A DNA stretch of 64,000 nucleotides. Source: Acutalibacteraceae bacterium. GTDB lineage: Bacteria > Bacillota > Clostridia > Oscillospirales > Acutalibacteraceae. The stretch lies in NCBI GenBank assembly GCA_045632815.1, contig JAZQXJ010000033.1, positions 14,966 to 78,965 on the forward strand, given 5' to 3'. The translations under genes and the position numbers were made by a program. Shown here piece after piece: positions 9,896-19,555 of this stretch; the stretch's first letter is position 1, and each line of letters begins with the position of its first letter. The notes under the pieces were generated by a model. That model made no database searches, was not told the DNA's origin, and saw nothing but the letters and a program-made list of their open reading frames with translations.

Positions 9896-9992
9896 GTTTG
9901 ATTTCAATTATGTAATTTTTATTTACAATCAAATTTTTTCGTGCTAACATCAAATCAAACGAGGGGGCATACCCTGCAAGGAGGACAAAAAT

Positions 9993-11201
9993 ATGAAAAA
10001 GACTTTCAGAGCAATTATTGCGGCTTTGCTCGTTGCCGTTATGGCATTCGGCTGCACCTCAGCCTTCGCCGCACAGCCCGCAGATGAACTTATCTGGGAC
10101 TACTACAATTGGGAATACCGCTACAACTATGCAGGCGGACTCAGCATCGGTGAAAACACAATCACTACTCCCGAGGATTCATACTACTGCTACTACACTT
10201 TCAATGCGGAAGAAAGCGGATTTTATACAATCGGCTTCACCGACTATGCCTATGACGGCTGGGCAGGTATACCCGAATCATTTGAAAACGGCGTTGCGGT
10301 TAACGAGGCTGACTGCATTTATCACAAGACAGAAAACAATTTCCGCCGCACAACCTTTAAGCTTGACAAGGGCGAAACCGTTATCGGTTTTGACCTTAAC
10401 CAAAAAATCAGCAACAAAACTTTTGAAATAGTATATGAAGGTAGCGAAATCGAATCGGTAAGCATTGATGACAAGCTGCTTCTCAACCGCGATATTTACA
10501 GCTACGACGGATATTTCGAAATTTATGCCGACATAAGCGTAAGCTTTTCAGCAGGCACAGAAATTACATTGAATTATCTTGAAGGTTCTGTTGAAAAGGA
10601 TATCGAAAAAGGCGAAAACACCGTGTCCGCTATGCTTTTTGGCGAGAATACAGACCTGACGGTTGATGTTTATCTTGTTACCGATGTTATTAAAACCGTT
10701 GAAATCAGCAATATTGAGGATTACCTTAACACAAAGGTTTACTACGACGGATATGAGGGCTACTACCCTTGGGACGAAACATTCACCTTCACTTTCACAG
10801 ACGGCAGCACACAGAGCATAATTTTCAGCAGCGAGGATGATAACACCGTCATTTTGCCTGACGGCACCGAGGCATATGTCTATCTCACAACCGAAAACAG
10901 CAACGATGAAATTACTCTGAATGTTATGATTGCGGATTGTGTTATCAGGTCATACGAATGCAACGAAATCAAGGCATCCTCAGACGAGAACTTTTCAAAC
11001 TTTGTTTATAACGCAAAATATGATATCAACAGGGCTTCACGATATTTCAGAAACGCCCTTATCGCTGTGCTTGATTGCGACAGCCTCGGCGAATTCATCG
11101 AATACGGCGCTCAGAATTCTGCAAATTATTTCAGCTATTCGGCATCAACATTCCTTGAAATTTTCAAAGAATTTTTCTCATTTATTTCTTTTCTTCTTTG
11201 A
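9993..11201 (+). CDS. Secreted protein with Ig-like beta-rich repeats and a C-terminal amphipathic helix
   Basis: Signal peptide ending AFA, RBS aggagg, two V/F-x-F-x-x-G-x-x-E/Q repeats, ends FLEIFKEFFSFISFLL. Confidence 0.75.
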   Translation: MKKTFRAIIAALLVAVMAFGCTSAFAAQPADELIWDYYNWEYRYNYAGGLSIGENTITTPEDSYYCYYTFNAEESGFYTIGFTDYAYDGWAGIPESFENGVAVNEADCIYHKTENNFRRTTFKLDKGETVIGFDLNQKISNKTFEIVYEGSEIESVSIDDKLLLNRDIYSYDGYFEIYADISVSFSAGTEITLNYLEGSVEKDIEKGENTVSAMLFGENTDLTVDVYLVTDVIKTVEISNIEDYLNTKVYYDGYEGYYPWDETFTFTFTDGSTQSIIFSSEDDNTVILPDGTEAYVYLTTENSNDEITLNVMIADCVIRSYECNEIKASSDENFSNFVYNAKYDINRASRYFRNALIAVLDCDSLGEFIEYGAQNSANYFSYSASTFLEIFKEFFSFISFLL

Positions 11202-11281
11202 GCCGCTATTGAAAATTTAATAAATTTGTGCTAAAGTGGACGGTAGAAACACCGTTCACTTTTTTGTTTGGAGAAATTAAT

Positions 11282-12178
11282 ATGAAAAAAATCTGCGCAA
11301 TTATCCTTGTTTTTTCAACACTTTTCCTCTGCGCCTGCACATCGGGCGACACGGAAAAAACCACCACATCCGCACCGACTTCAGCAGTCGATAAAACAAT
11401 AATCACCGAATGGGGTACCGACCTTCTCCCCGAAGATTTCCCTGCTCCGCCCAACGGCACATACAACTTTGAAATAGCTCAGGGTAACCACGAAACAGAT
11501 GTCAGCGATTACGCCGCAGACTGGGTAAGAATAAGATTCACCTGCCCCACCAACGCTCTTTATGAATTCACCAACGCATTTCTGAACAGCAACTACAAAG
11601 GCGGCTCAAAAAATGTAACAGAGGGAATTGATTATTACAGAACGGGGCTGCACGGCTATTGGTGCGACGGAGAAAAAATCATCAAAATCAACAGTTCAAA
11701 CACCGCATTTATCCAAGAAACAATGGCATCCGAAACAACGGTAATCATTGACATTGTGCCTGTCAAAAAGGGTATCCCCGAAGTGCTTCTTCAATATTTC
11801 CCCGATTTTGACGGATACTGCGTGGGTAACGGAATTTACTGCGGTCACGATGCAAGCCTTGAATTTATTTCAAGCGATTATTCCGCAGGTTTATCGCCCA
11901 ATTGGCATTGGGAATTCCTCGGCACGGGCAGCTACGGTAACTGCTTTGTAAATGTCAGTCAGGATGATTTTGACGATTACTGCGACCTGCTCGGAGAAGC
12001 AAAATTCAGCGGTCCCATATCAACGGGAATTGTTGACGGCTTCAATGTAACGATGGTTGACGTAACCAAAGATATTGACAACACAACCTACGGAGTCTAC
12101 ATTATTTATAACCATTCTCTGCTGACTCTGGACATTGCATTCACAAACAATCCCAAGCTGATAACAGGTGAACATTAA
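11282..12178 (+). CDS. Lipoprotein of unknown function
   Basis: Lipobox LCAC, Thr-rich linker, RBS ggag. Confidence 0.75.
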   Translation: MKKICAIILVFSTLFLCACTSGDTEKTTTSAPTSAVDKTIITEWGTDLLPEDFPAPPNGTYNFEIAQGNHETDVSDYAADWVRIRFTCPTNALYEFTNAFLNSNYKGGSKNVTEGIDYYRTGLHGYWCDGEKIIKINSSNTAFIQETMASETTVIIDIVPVKKGIPEVLLQYFPDFDGYCVGNGIYCGHDASLEFISSDYSAGLSPNWHWEFLGTGSYGNCFVNVSQDDFDDYCDLLGEAKFSGPISTGIVDGFNVTMVDVTKDIDNTTYGVYIIYNHSLLTLDIAFTNNPKLITGEH

Positions 12179-12184
12179 AAAGCA

Positions 12185-12473
12185 AAAGGGGCTGTAAAAA
12201 AAAGCGCAGACCGCATAAAACAATATAAATCAAGGGGTTTCGGCAGGTAATAAAACTGCAGAAACCCCTTAAAACATTTAAAAAGTACAAATTGTTATTT
12301 ATTTTATGTTTTATGCTACGAACAAACCTCGCCACTCGACGTACTTTTGTACGCCATCGGGCAAGCAAAACAAGGCTGAAGCCTTGTTTCTGCTCGGTTT
12401 GTCCGTTCTGCATCTTTTTTCCTATCCCCTTAAAAAAGGCTGTAAAAAAACTTTCGTTTTTTACAGCCCCTTT
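12185..12473. mobile_element. Miniature non-autonomous element (MITE) with IS1182-like ends
   Basis: Perfect 17-bp terminal inverted repeat aaaggggctgtaaaaaa (12185-12201 / 12457-12473), an internal copy at 12438-12450, internal hairpins and no transposase. Confidence 0.65.
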
Positions 12474-12477
12474 GATT

Positions 12478-13890
12478 TTATTTATATATAACAACGGTTG
12501 AAATGCTTTTTGCGGGTAAATCAATACTTCTCTGCAACGCTCCAAACTCCGTTTTTTCAAGATTTTTTGTTGCATCGGTAACATAAACATCCGCTGATTT
12601 ATATGCACCGTAAAGCCTGATATTCTGCGGATTTTCAGCATTGTTGATAAGCACAAGCACGGTTTTTTCGCCGTCCGTAAATGCGGTTGATGCAATGTTT
12701 GTTTTATCTTCAAAGCTGTCCATAACATCAACTCTGACCATACCCTGCTCTATAAAGCTTGAGAAATGCTTGAAGGCATAGTATCTGTTGTAAATGACAA
12801 GCTCGCCGTTTTTGATTTCCATAAGTCCGTCGCCGTTGACGGCTGTCCAGCTTTGCCACGAAACGGCATTCATCAGATTCAGGTCCTGAACGATTATATT
12901 TGCCATATAAAGTCCGCTGTCAATCGTTGTTGAGTCAATGGTCATCGGCAATTCGCACCACTCGCTCATTTCAAGCTTTTTGCCGGGATACTGCTCTGCA
13001 AATTTTGTTCCGACCTCGGATTTTATCCAATAATTGTTATCAATCCAATAACTGTGTCCGCTGTAAGTATCGCAGAATTCATTCAGAATTTCGCTGGCAA
13101 AAAATTTGTCTATGTATTCATAATATCCGGGAGAAAGCTCGCCGCTTTCGGGTCCGCTGAGTTTATACGGCGAATTGCGTGTCTGCATTTCGGTTGCAAA
13201 AAGCTCAAGCAGCTCAACGGCTTCGTCTGCCGTGTAATGACAGCCCTCCTGACCGACCCAATCGCCGCCCCACGACCATTGCGGCTCATTGATGGGCGAA
13301 ATTGCGGTTACGGGATAGCCCTGCGCCACAAACCAATCGGCTATTGTCAGCAAATAATCAACAAACGCCTTATAATTCTCTTTCGGAAGATTGGATGCAT
13401 TCGGAGTCAGTCCACCCGAAGCGTGACCGCTTGCAGTCATTGAAAAATGGGGGCTGTTGCAGAAAAGGATAACCTCGCTTGCGCCGTATTCAACCGCCAT
13501 ATCGAGCATCCTGCGTGCATTTGCATCGCGGGTGAAATCATATTCATATTCGCCCGTTTCTTCATTCAGGACATAAAAGCTTTCCGTGCGGCGGTTAACA
13601 TCCCATATGCGGCAATCAGGATTTTCTTTTTCGCCGCCGCCTATGTTGTAACGGTAAACATCAAGCCCCAGACCCGTCTCATCGTCATAGAGAAGTCTTG
13701 CAATTTCCCTTGCGGTATCTTCGTCATCAATAGTCTGCGACCACCACGCCGAGCTTGTGCCGAAGGATTCAAAGGTCTGATGCTCCTCGAATCTGTTTAC
13801 CCCTATGGACTGAGTTTTATCGGAAGTAAAAACGGAAAATGTGAATGCCTGCAGCCAGGCAAGCACAATGCATATATATTTAATCATCAT
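12478..13890 (-). CDS. Glycoside hydrolase family 30
   Basis: FESFGTSSAWW, GLGLDVYRYNIGGG, acid/base motif SPINEP, nucleophile motif EMSEW. Confidence 0.85.
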   Translation of the reverse strand: MMIKYICIVLAWLQAFTFSVFTSDKTQSIGVNRFEEHQTFESFGTSSAWWSQTIDDEDTAREIARLLYDDETGLGLDVYRYNIGGGEKENPDCRIWDVNRRTESFYVLNEETGEYEYDFTRDANARRMLDMAVEYGASEVILFCNSPHFSMTASGHASGGLTPNASNLPKENYKAFVDYLLTIADWFVAQGYPVTAISPINEPQWSWGGDWVGQEGCHYTADEAVELLELFATEMQTRNSPYKLSGPESGELSPGYYEYIDKFFASEILNEFCDTYSGHSYWIDNNYWIKSEVGTKFAEQYPGKKLEMSEWCELPMTIDSTTIDSGLYMANIIVQDLNLMNAVSWQSWTAVNGDGLMEIKNGELVIYNRYYAFKHFSSFIEQGMVRVDVMDSFEDKTNIASTAFTDGEKTVLVLINNAENPQNIRLYGAYKSADVYVTDATKNLEKTEFGALQRSIDLPAKSISTVVIYK

Positions 13891-14004
13891 TATTCCCCCT
13901 TTTGCTATTTAGTTTAACATTTCAGAAAAAGTGTGTCAATCGGAATATTGACTTTTCCTGCTGAAGTTATATAATTAAAGCAACGAAATTAAGGAGATGT
14001 TCCG

Positions 14005-14445
14005 ATGATATTTGACACAGTAAACAATCTTAAGCTCTATTCTGATTTCAACCCCTCATTCGGCGCAATCGCTGAATTCGTTGAGAAAAACGACCTGAAA
14101 AACATAGAATGCGGCAGCTATGACGTTGCCGACGGAATCAAGGTAAGCATCTCGGAATATGAGCCTGCAACAGGCGGAAATTACGAGGCACACAGAGATT
14201 ATCACGACCTCCAACTTGCAATCACGGGCGAGGAAGCAATCGATGTTTTGCCCATTGAATTCGCAAGAAATTCAACGGGTTACAAGCCCGATATTGAATT
14301 TTTCACAGAGCAGACAGCCGCCGCAACCCGTGTTGCGCTGACAGAAAACACCTTCGTATTCCTTGCACCTGCCGACACTCACAAGCCCTGCATAAAAATG
14401 GGTACGGATAAAATCAAAAAAGCCGTTTTTAAAATCAAAATCTGA
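14005..14445 (+). CDS. YhcH/YjgK/YiaL (NanQ-like) family protein
   Basis: MIFD start, YEAHRDYHDLQ...GEE, PADTHKP, KKAVFK. Confidence 0.88.
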   Translation: MIFDTVNNLKLYSDFNPSFGAIAEFVEKNDLKNIECGSYDVADGIKVSISEYEPATGGNYEAHRDYHDLQLAITGEEAIDVLPIEFARNSTGYKPDIEFFTEQTAAATRVALTENTFVFLAPADTHKPCIKMGTDKIKKAVFKIKI

Positions 14446-14451
14446 GTCCGT

Positions 14452-14479
14452 GTCACCTGCTGAGAAAATAGCAGGTGAC
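14452..14479. terminator. Hairpin between convergent genes
   Basis: gtcacctgct-N8-agcaggtgac. Confidence 0.55.
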
Positions 14480-15178
14480 GCTTTGTTTATAATACGGAAT
14501 AACATAAAACGCAGGCAACACAAGCAAGCAAAGCAGCAGCCAAGGCACAAAACCAAGCTTAAAAATAAATATATCCGCCGCATTGTTTTTGGATTTTCTC
14601 ACGCTCTCGCTTATTGCATCGGCGGCGGTAAAATCCTTGTAACAAGCGAGATAAAACATAGATTTTGAATATCTCTGAATAAAAATCAGCCAGAAAACAA
14701 AGCCTGCAGCGGCAAGAAATGAAAGCCCTGCCGCAACGGCATATGCCGCCTTAAGGCTGACCGTGTCTGTTTTTATCTGACAAGCGAAAATCAGCATTGA
14801 CAAAACGGGAAGAGCCTCAAAAACAGCAAACCAGAACAGCTTTATAAGAAACAGTCTGACGCACAGGTCGCAGGCATTGAGCATACCCTGAAAACCAATC
14901 TGAGTTTTTTCATATTTTCTTCCCCTTGCAAAGCAAACATATTTAATCTGCATAACAAGGCACAGAGGGCTGATCGCCGCAACCGCGGCGGGCAGAGTCA
15001 ATATCGCCGCAGACACGAGAATTCCGTTGCCTGCAAAGGAAAGATATCTGTCAAAAGCCGCATTTACGAATGAAAAAGCCGCAAAAAACAGCATTGCAAT
15101 GCCGAGCAGAGGAATGATTTTAAAATATGAGCTGCACATTGCCGCCTTTGCGGAAAGCTTTATTCTTGAATTCATCAA
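14453..15178 (-). CDS. DUF975-like membrane protein
   Basis: IKLSAK N-terminus, RYS..FY, AISES, LGFVPW...YVIPY. Confidence 0.7.
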   Translation of the reverse strand: MMNSRIKLSAKAAMCSSYFKIIPLLGIAMLFFAAFSFVNAAFDRYLSFAGNGILVSAAILTLPAAVAAISPLCLVMQIKYVCFARGRKYEKTQIGFQGMLNACDLCVRLFLIKLFWFAVFEALPVLSMLIFACQIKTDTVSLKAAYAVAAGLSFLAAAGFVFWLIFIQRYSKSMFYLACYKDFTAADAISESVRKSKNNAADIFIFKLGFVPWLLLCLLVLPAFYVIPYYKQSVTCYFLSR

Positions 15179-15190
15179 ATCACCAAAAAG

Positions 15191-15229
15191 AAAAAATCGG
15201 GAAGCATTACACTTCCCGATTATTTTTTT
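15191..15229 (-). terminator. Intrinsic terminator
   Basis: aatcgggaag-N7-cttcccgatt flanked by A and T runs. Confidence 0.7.
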
Positions 15230-15252
15230 GCTTTTTCGCTGTTTTATTCAGT

Positions 15253-16812
15253 TTAGAGACCGATTACCGCCCTGCACTTATCGAGAATTGAAAATACGGT
15301 GTCCGTTACGGGCATAACATATTTTTCAAACTTGTCGTAGAACGAGTCGCCCTCGCCGTATTCGGGAGCAACCGCACCCTCCGCAAAGTTACCCATGGGA
15401 ATCATTCTCAGGTTGGGCTTGTCATTCTGCAAAAACTGTGTGTACGCAGGGTTTGACCATACATCGTAGTATTCATCAGCATACATAAACCAGTAATACA
15501 TTTCCATTATGCCGTCGTGGGCATTTGAATGGAGCATATCCTTGATAAACCATGTATGCTCGGGCAAAATGCAGGTTGAAGCGTCGATAACACCGTCAGG
15601 TGAAAGATGATTATGTCCGCAATCCGTGCAAGCCTGCTTGTAGTCATCACCGAGAGTACCGTTAAGAGGAGCAACGGTTGCGCCTGCGGATGCATATTTT
15701 GTGTCAACGGTTGCATCGCTGTTGTTATCGAGAGATTCAACAAGAGGTGTTCTCTGAATATTATAACCCGCAACAATCATAACTCTTACACCGTTATCAA
15801 TTGCACCGTTAAGGATTTCGTCTGCTCTGCCCTGAATCTGATAGTGGTAATAATCCGCCTTTGCGATAAGACCTGCCTGAGTTTCAGGGTCAAGGTTAAT
15901 TGCCTTTGCGCTTTCGTATGAACAGTCGGGAACAAATGCCCAGAGTCCGAGCAGAGTGCCGAAAACAGGAGTCATCAGCTCGTCAAAAACTCTCTCCTGA
16001 AGATTATCGAGAAGGTCTTCACCGAAGCCGAGAACTATATCAACAAGTCCGCTGTAATAAAGCATATTAAAAAGCACCCAGAGTGCGGTATCCCCTGCCG
16101 TAAAGGGAGGATAGCCGTCGGTTGCGTAGTCAAGCAATGCCCTTGAATCGAGAGCAAGCTTTCTGTTGAGCAAATCGCCCGCAACATCCGTTCCAAGGAG
16201 AGGACAGCTCTGGAAAACGCAGGCATCCACATCGTCATAGCCGTACTCATTGAAATAGGCAAGGGTAACAACGCCGCCCATTGACGATGCGCGGAAGTTA
16301 ACCATATTGTGACCCGTAAGAGTCTTTACGTGCTGAACAAATTCATCAAGCTGACCTGCAACCTCAACGGGGTCAAGTCGCCAGTCATAATGGAAATAAT
16401 ACTGCTCGCCCTTGCCGTGCTTTGTTTCGGTGGGCAAATCAATTGAAACGGAAACATTGGGCAGTGAGTTGCCGTCGCCGTCAAGCGCCATTGCGCCGAA
16501 AGCATCATAAACGGCGTCAATAAGGCTGTCGCCGAAGCTGTCATAATCCTTGAAAAGGAGCAAGCCGAAAAGAGACGGAACAAGCTTCAGCACAAGGGAA
16601 ACAATCGTATCCGTTGCAGGTCTGAAAAGCGTTCTCTGGCTTTCCGTGCCGTAGTTTTCATAAATATCCGTGTTGCCGAGAGGTCCGACATAAATTATCG
16701 GCAGCTCTCCGCAATTGCACTCACCGTTTGCCGCAGCAGCCATAGGTGACATTACGGAAAAAATCATAATCGCCGAAAGGATTAATGCAATAATCTTTTT
16801 CAATTCAATCAT
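15253..16812 (-). CDS. Secreted alpha/beta hydrolase (LCAT/lipase-like)
   Basis: Signal peptide, FHYDWRL, nucleophile elbow ASSMGG, SDATV, late His. Confidence 0.75.
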   Translation of the reverse strand: MIELKKIIALILSAIMIFSVMSPMAAAANGECNCGELPIIYVGPLGNTDIYENYGTESQRTLFRPATDTIVSLVLKLVPSLFGLLLFKDYDSFGDSLIDAVYDAFGAMALDGDGNSLPNVSVSIDLPTETKHGKGEQYYFHYDWRLDPVEVAGQLDEFVQHVKTLTGHNMVNFRASSMGGVVTLAYFNEYGYDDVDACVFQSCPLLGTDVAGDLLNRKLALDSRALLDYATDGYPPFTAGDTALWVLFNMLYYSGLVDIVLGFGEDLLDNLQERVFDELMTPVFGTLLGLWAFVPDCSYESAKAINLDPETQAGLIAKADYYHYQIQGRADEILNGAIDNGVRVMIVAGYNIQRTPLVESLDNNSDATVDTKYASAGATVAPLNGTLGDDYKQACTDCGHNHLSPDGVIDASTCILPEHTWFIKDMLHSNAHDGIMEMYYWFMYADEYYDVWSNPAYTQFLQNDKPNLRMIPMGNFAEGAVAPEYGEGDSFYDKFEKYVMPVTDTVFSILDKCRAVIGL

Positions 16813-16964
16813 TCCTTTTGGGCTTACGCCCCTTTTTTATTCAGTTTATCACAAAAGAAATGAATACACAACACATATTTTTCATAGTTAATATATTTTT
16901 TTAATTATTATTGCAAATACATACATATTTGTGTTACAATACCCGCAATGAGAGGATGATTGAA

Positions 16965-18407
16965 TTGACGGAAACAAAAAACAATCAGGCAGGTCTTAAA
17001 ATAAACAAAAAGACCGTTATACTTATCTGCGTGCTTCTTGCGGCGATTATGGCATTCGCAGGCGTGCTGACTCAGGTTTTGCCCCGAGGAATGTATCAGA
17101 CCGATGCCGACGGCGCAATAATAAACGGAACATACACACAAATCGAGGATAAGCTCCCCATATGGAAGATTTTCCTTGCACCGATTCTTGTTTTCGGCTC
17201 AGAAACGGCGCTGACGGGTGTTGGAATAATCCTGATAATCACGCTCATCGGCGGAACATTCCTTATCCTTGATAAATGCAGCGTACTGAAATACATAATG
17301 GCAACCATAATCAAAAAGTTCGGCAAACGCAAATATCTCCTGCTCAACCTTATGACTCTTGCCTGCATGGTTTTAAGCTCAACGGCAGGAATACTTGAAG
17401 AATCCGTTACCCTTGTGCCGATTGCCGTTGCAATCTCTCTTGCACTTGGCTGGGATTCCTTCGTAGGTCTCGGAATGAGCCTTATTGCAGTTGCATTCGG
17501 CTTCACCGCCGCAACATTCAACCCGTTCAATGTTGTTACCGTTCAAAAAATGGCGGACATCCCTGTTTTTTCGGGTACGGGCTACAGAATAATCGTATTT
17601 CTGGCTGTTTATGCCGTGCTTGCAGGCTTTATGACGGCATATGCCAAAAAAATCGAAAAAAATCCGCAGAAATCAATGTGCTACGAAACAGACATTGCTT
17701 TGCGCGAAAAATATAACCTTGACGACAGCATCGCCGTGCTTGAAAACGCACAGATAAAGAAGGCTTCAAAGGCATTTATCTGTTGCCTTGGCGGTGTACT
17801 TGCGTGCATCATTGCCGATTTTGTTCTCGGTGCGGAAGGCGCAATCTCTCTCCCCGGTATGGCAATCCTCTTTTTTGTCGGCGGTATGCTCGCAGGCAAA
17901 TTCTCGGGTATGAACGGCAAACAGCTCTTCAAAGAATTCGGCGAAGGCGTAAAAACGGTTGCACCCATTGTACCCGTTATTCTCATCATTCTTTCAATCA
18001 CATTCATTCTCGATGAAGGTAATATAATCCCCACAATTCTTAATTATGTTTATAATCTCATCAGCGGTCTTTCTCCCTATTGGGCAATACTGATGCTGTT
18101 TGTATTCATTGTTGTTCTTGAATTCTTTGTGGGAAGCGGCACGGCAAAGGCGTTCCTTGTTATGCCCATCATTCTTCCTCTTGCAGATATGGTAAATGTT
18201 ACCCGACAGAGCGTTACTCTTGCATTCTGCCTCGGCGACGGCTTCACGAATCTGCTTTATCCCACAAGCGGAATTATGATTATCGCAATAGGTCTTGTTA
18301 ATATTTCTTACGGAAAATGGCTCAAATTCTCCTGGAAGCTGTTCGCACTCGAAGGCATTGTTTCCGTTGCGCTGATGCTTATTGCAATTGCCATAAATTA
18401 CTCATAA
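16965..18407 (+). CDS. YfcC/DcuC-family transporter
   Basis: About 12 TM segments, ATFNPFNV, CLGDGFTNLLYPT, SYGKWLKF. Start may be ATG 16956 or TTG 16965. Confidence 0.85.
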   Translation: MTETKNNQAGLKINKKTVILICVLLAAIMAFAGVLTQVLPRGMYQTDADGAIINGTYTQIEDKLPIWKIFLAPILVFGSETALTGVGIILIITLIGGTFLILDKCSVLKYIMATIIKKFGKRKYLLLNLMTLACMVLSSTAGILEESVTLVPIAVAISLALGWDSFVGLGMSLIAVAFGFTAATFNPFNVVTVQKMADIPVFSGTGYRIIVFLAVYAVLAGFMTAYAKKIEKNPQKSMCYETDIALREKYNLDDSIAVLENAQIKKASKAFICCLGGVLACIIADFVLGAEGAISLPGMAILFFVGGMLAGKFSGMNGKQLFKEFGEGVKTVAPIVPVILIILSITFILDEGNIIPTILNYVYNLISGLSPYWAILMLFVFIVVLEFFVGSGTAKAFLVMPIILPLADMVNVTRQSVTLAFCLGDGFTNLLYPTSGIMIIAIGLVNISYGKWLKFSWKLFALEGIVSVALMLIAIAINYS

Positions 18408-18417
18408 GGTGATAAAA

Positions 18418-19551
18418 ATGAAATTCAAATTCAATTCTGACGGCAAATTCAGAATTCTTCTTTTCGGCGACATTCACGAACACGAGGATTTTGAAACTAA
18501 CCCGAAATTCAAAGATATGAATAAGCTGATGAACGCCGCGCTTGACGATATGAAGCCCGACCTGTGCGTTCTTCTCGGCGATAACTGCGACACAAAGGTT
18601 TACAGAGATAACCCCGATTTATTCAGAAGAATGCTGGCGGCGGTTGTTGAGCCGATGATAAGCAGAAACATTCCCGTGGCGGCGGTACTTGGCAACCACG
18701 AGCACGACAACGGATTTGAGGACGAGATTGTTGCGGAATACGGCAAGCTCGGCATAATCACCCGCAACGATGCACCCGCAGAGGTTACGGGCAACGCAAA
18801 CTTCAAGGAAATTGTTTATTCATCCGACGGCAAAACTCCGCTTTTCTGTCTTTGGTTCATTGACTCCAATAACTGCCACGAAAACAGAGAGATTTCGCAT
18901 TACGACTATGTTCATACAGACCAGATAGAATGGTTTGAGGAGGAAAGCGCAAAGCTCAGGGAACTCAACGGCGGAAAGCCGATGCCCTCATTTGTTTTTC
19001 AGCATACACCCGTTCCCGAGGAATACGAGCTTCTTCGCAAGGCTCATTTCTGGGAGCTTCCCGTTGCCGTAAGAGGCTACAACACAAAAAGAAAAACTTT
19101 TTATGTAGGCAAAAAAGGTACTGCAGACTATGTAGGCGAAGGTCCCTGCTCACCCGATGTGAACAACGGTCAGTTTGAAAGTTGGAAAAAGGTTGGCGGT
19201 GTGCTTGGCGCATTCTTCGGTCACGACCATCTCAACGATTTTTCAGGCTTCGTTGACGGCATATTTATTGCGCAGCACAAAACGGGCGGTTTCCGTGCAT
19301 ATACAGACGGCTGCCGCAGTTGCGTAAGACTTGTTACTCTTGACGAAAAGAATCTCAACAAATTTGAGCAGAAACTCAAGCGATTCAAAGAATTCGGACT
19401 CAAGAGCGAAAGCCTCGGTTTTGTTATGAGGCACTTCACGGACAGACAGGTTATCACAGGACATGTGCTTGGCTACAGCGCACTTATTGTTGCAGGTGTG
19501 ACGGGCATTGCATTCCTGATAAAATATCTTATTGAAAGATTCGGAGGTTAA
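18418..19551 (+). CDS. Calcineurin-like metallophosphoesterase (DCR2-like) with a C-terminal TM segment
   Basis: DIH, GD, GNHE, FQH and GHDH motifs. Confidence 0.85.
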   Translation: MKFKFNSDGKFRILLFGDIHEHEDFETNPKFKDMNKLMNAALDDMKPDLCVLLGDNCDTKVYRDNPDLFRRMLAAVVEPMISRNIPVAAVLGNHEHDNGFEDEIVAEYGKLGIITRNDAPAEVTGNANFKEIVYSSDGKTPLFCLWFIDSNNCHENREISHYDYVHTDQIEWFEEESAKLRELNGGKPMPSFVFQHTPVPEEYELLRKAHFWELPVAVRGYNTKRKTFYVGKKGTADYVGEGPCSPDVNNGQFESWKKVGGVLGAFFGHDHLNDFSGFVDGIFIAQHKTGGFRAYTDGCRSCVRLVTLDEKNLNKFEQKLKRFKEFGLKSESLGFVMRHFTDRQVITGHVLGYSALIVAGVTGIAFLIKYLIERFGG

Positions 19552-19555
19552 CATT

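Noticed and set aside
12141-12731. 196-aa minus-strand ORF and small plus-strand ORFs across the MITE
   Set aside because: They overlap the GH30 gene in another frame and run through inverted repeats, with no transposase motifs or RBS.
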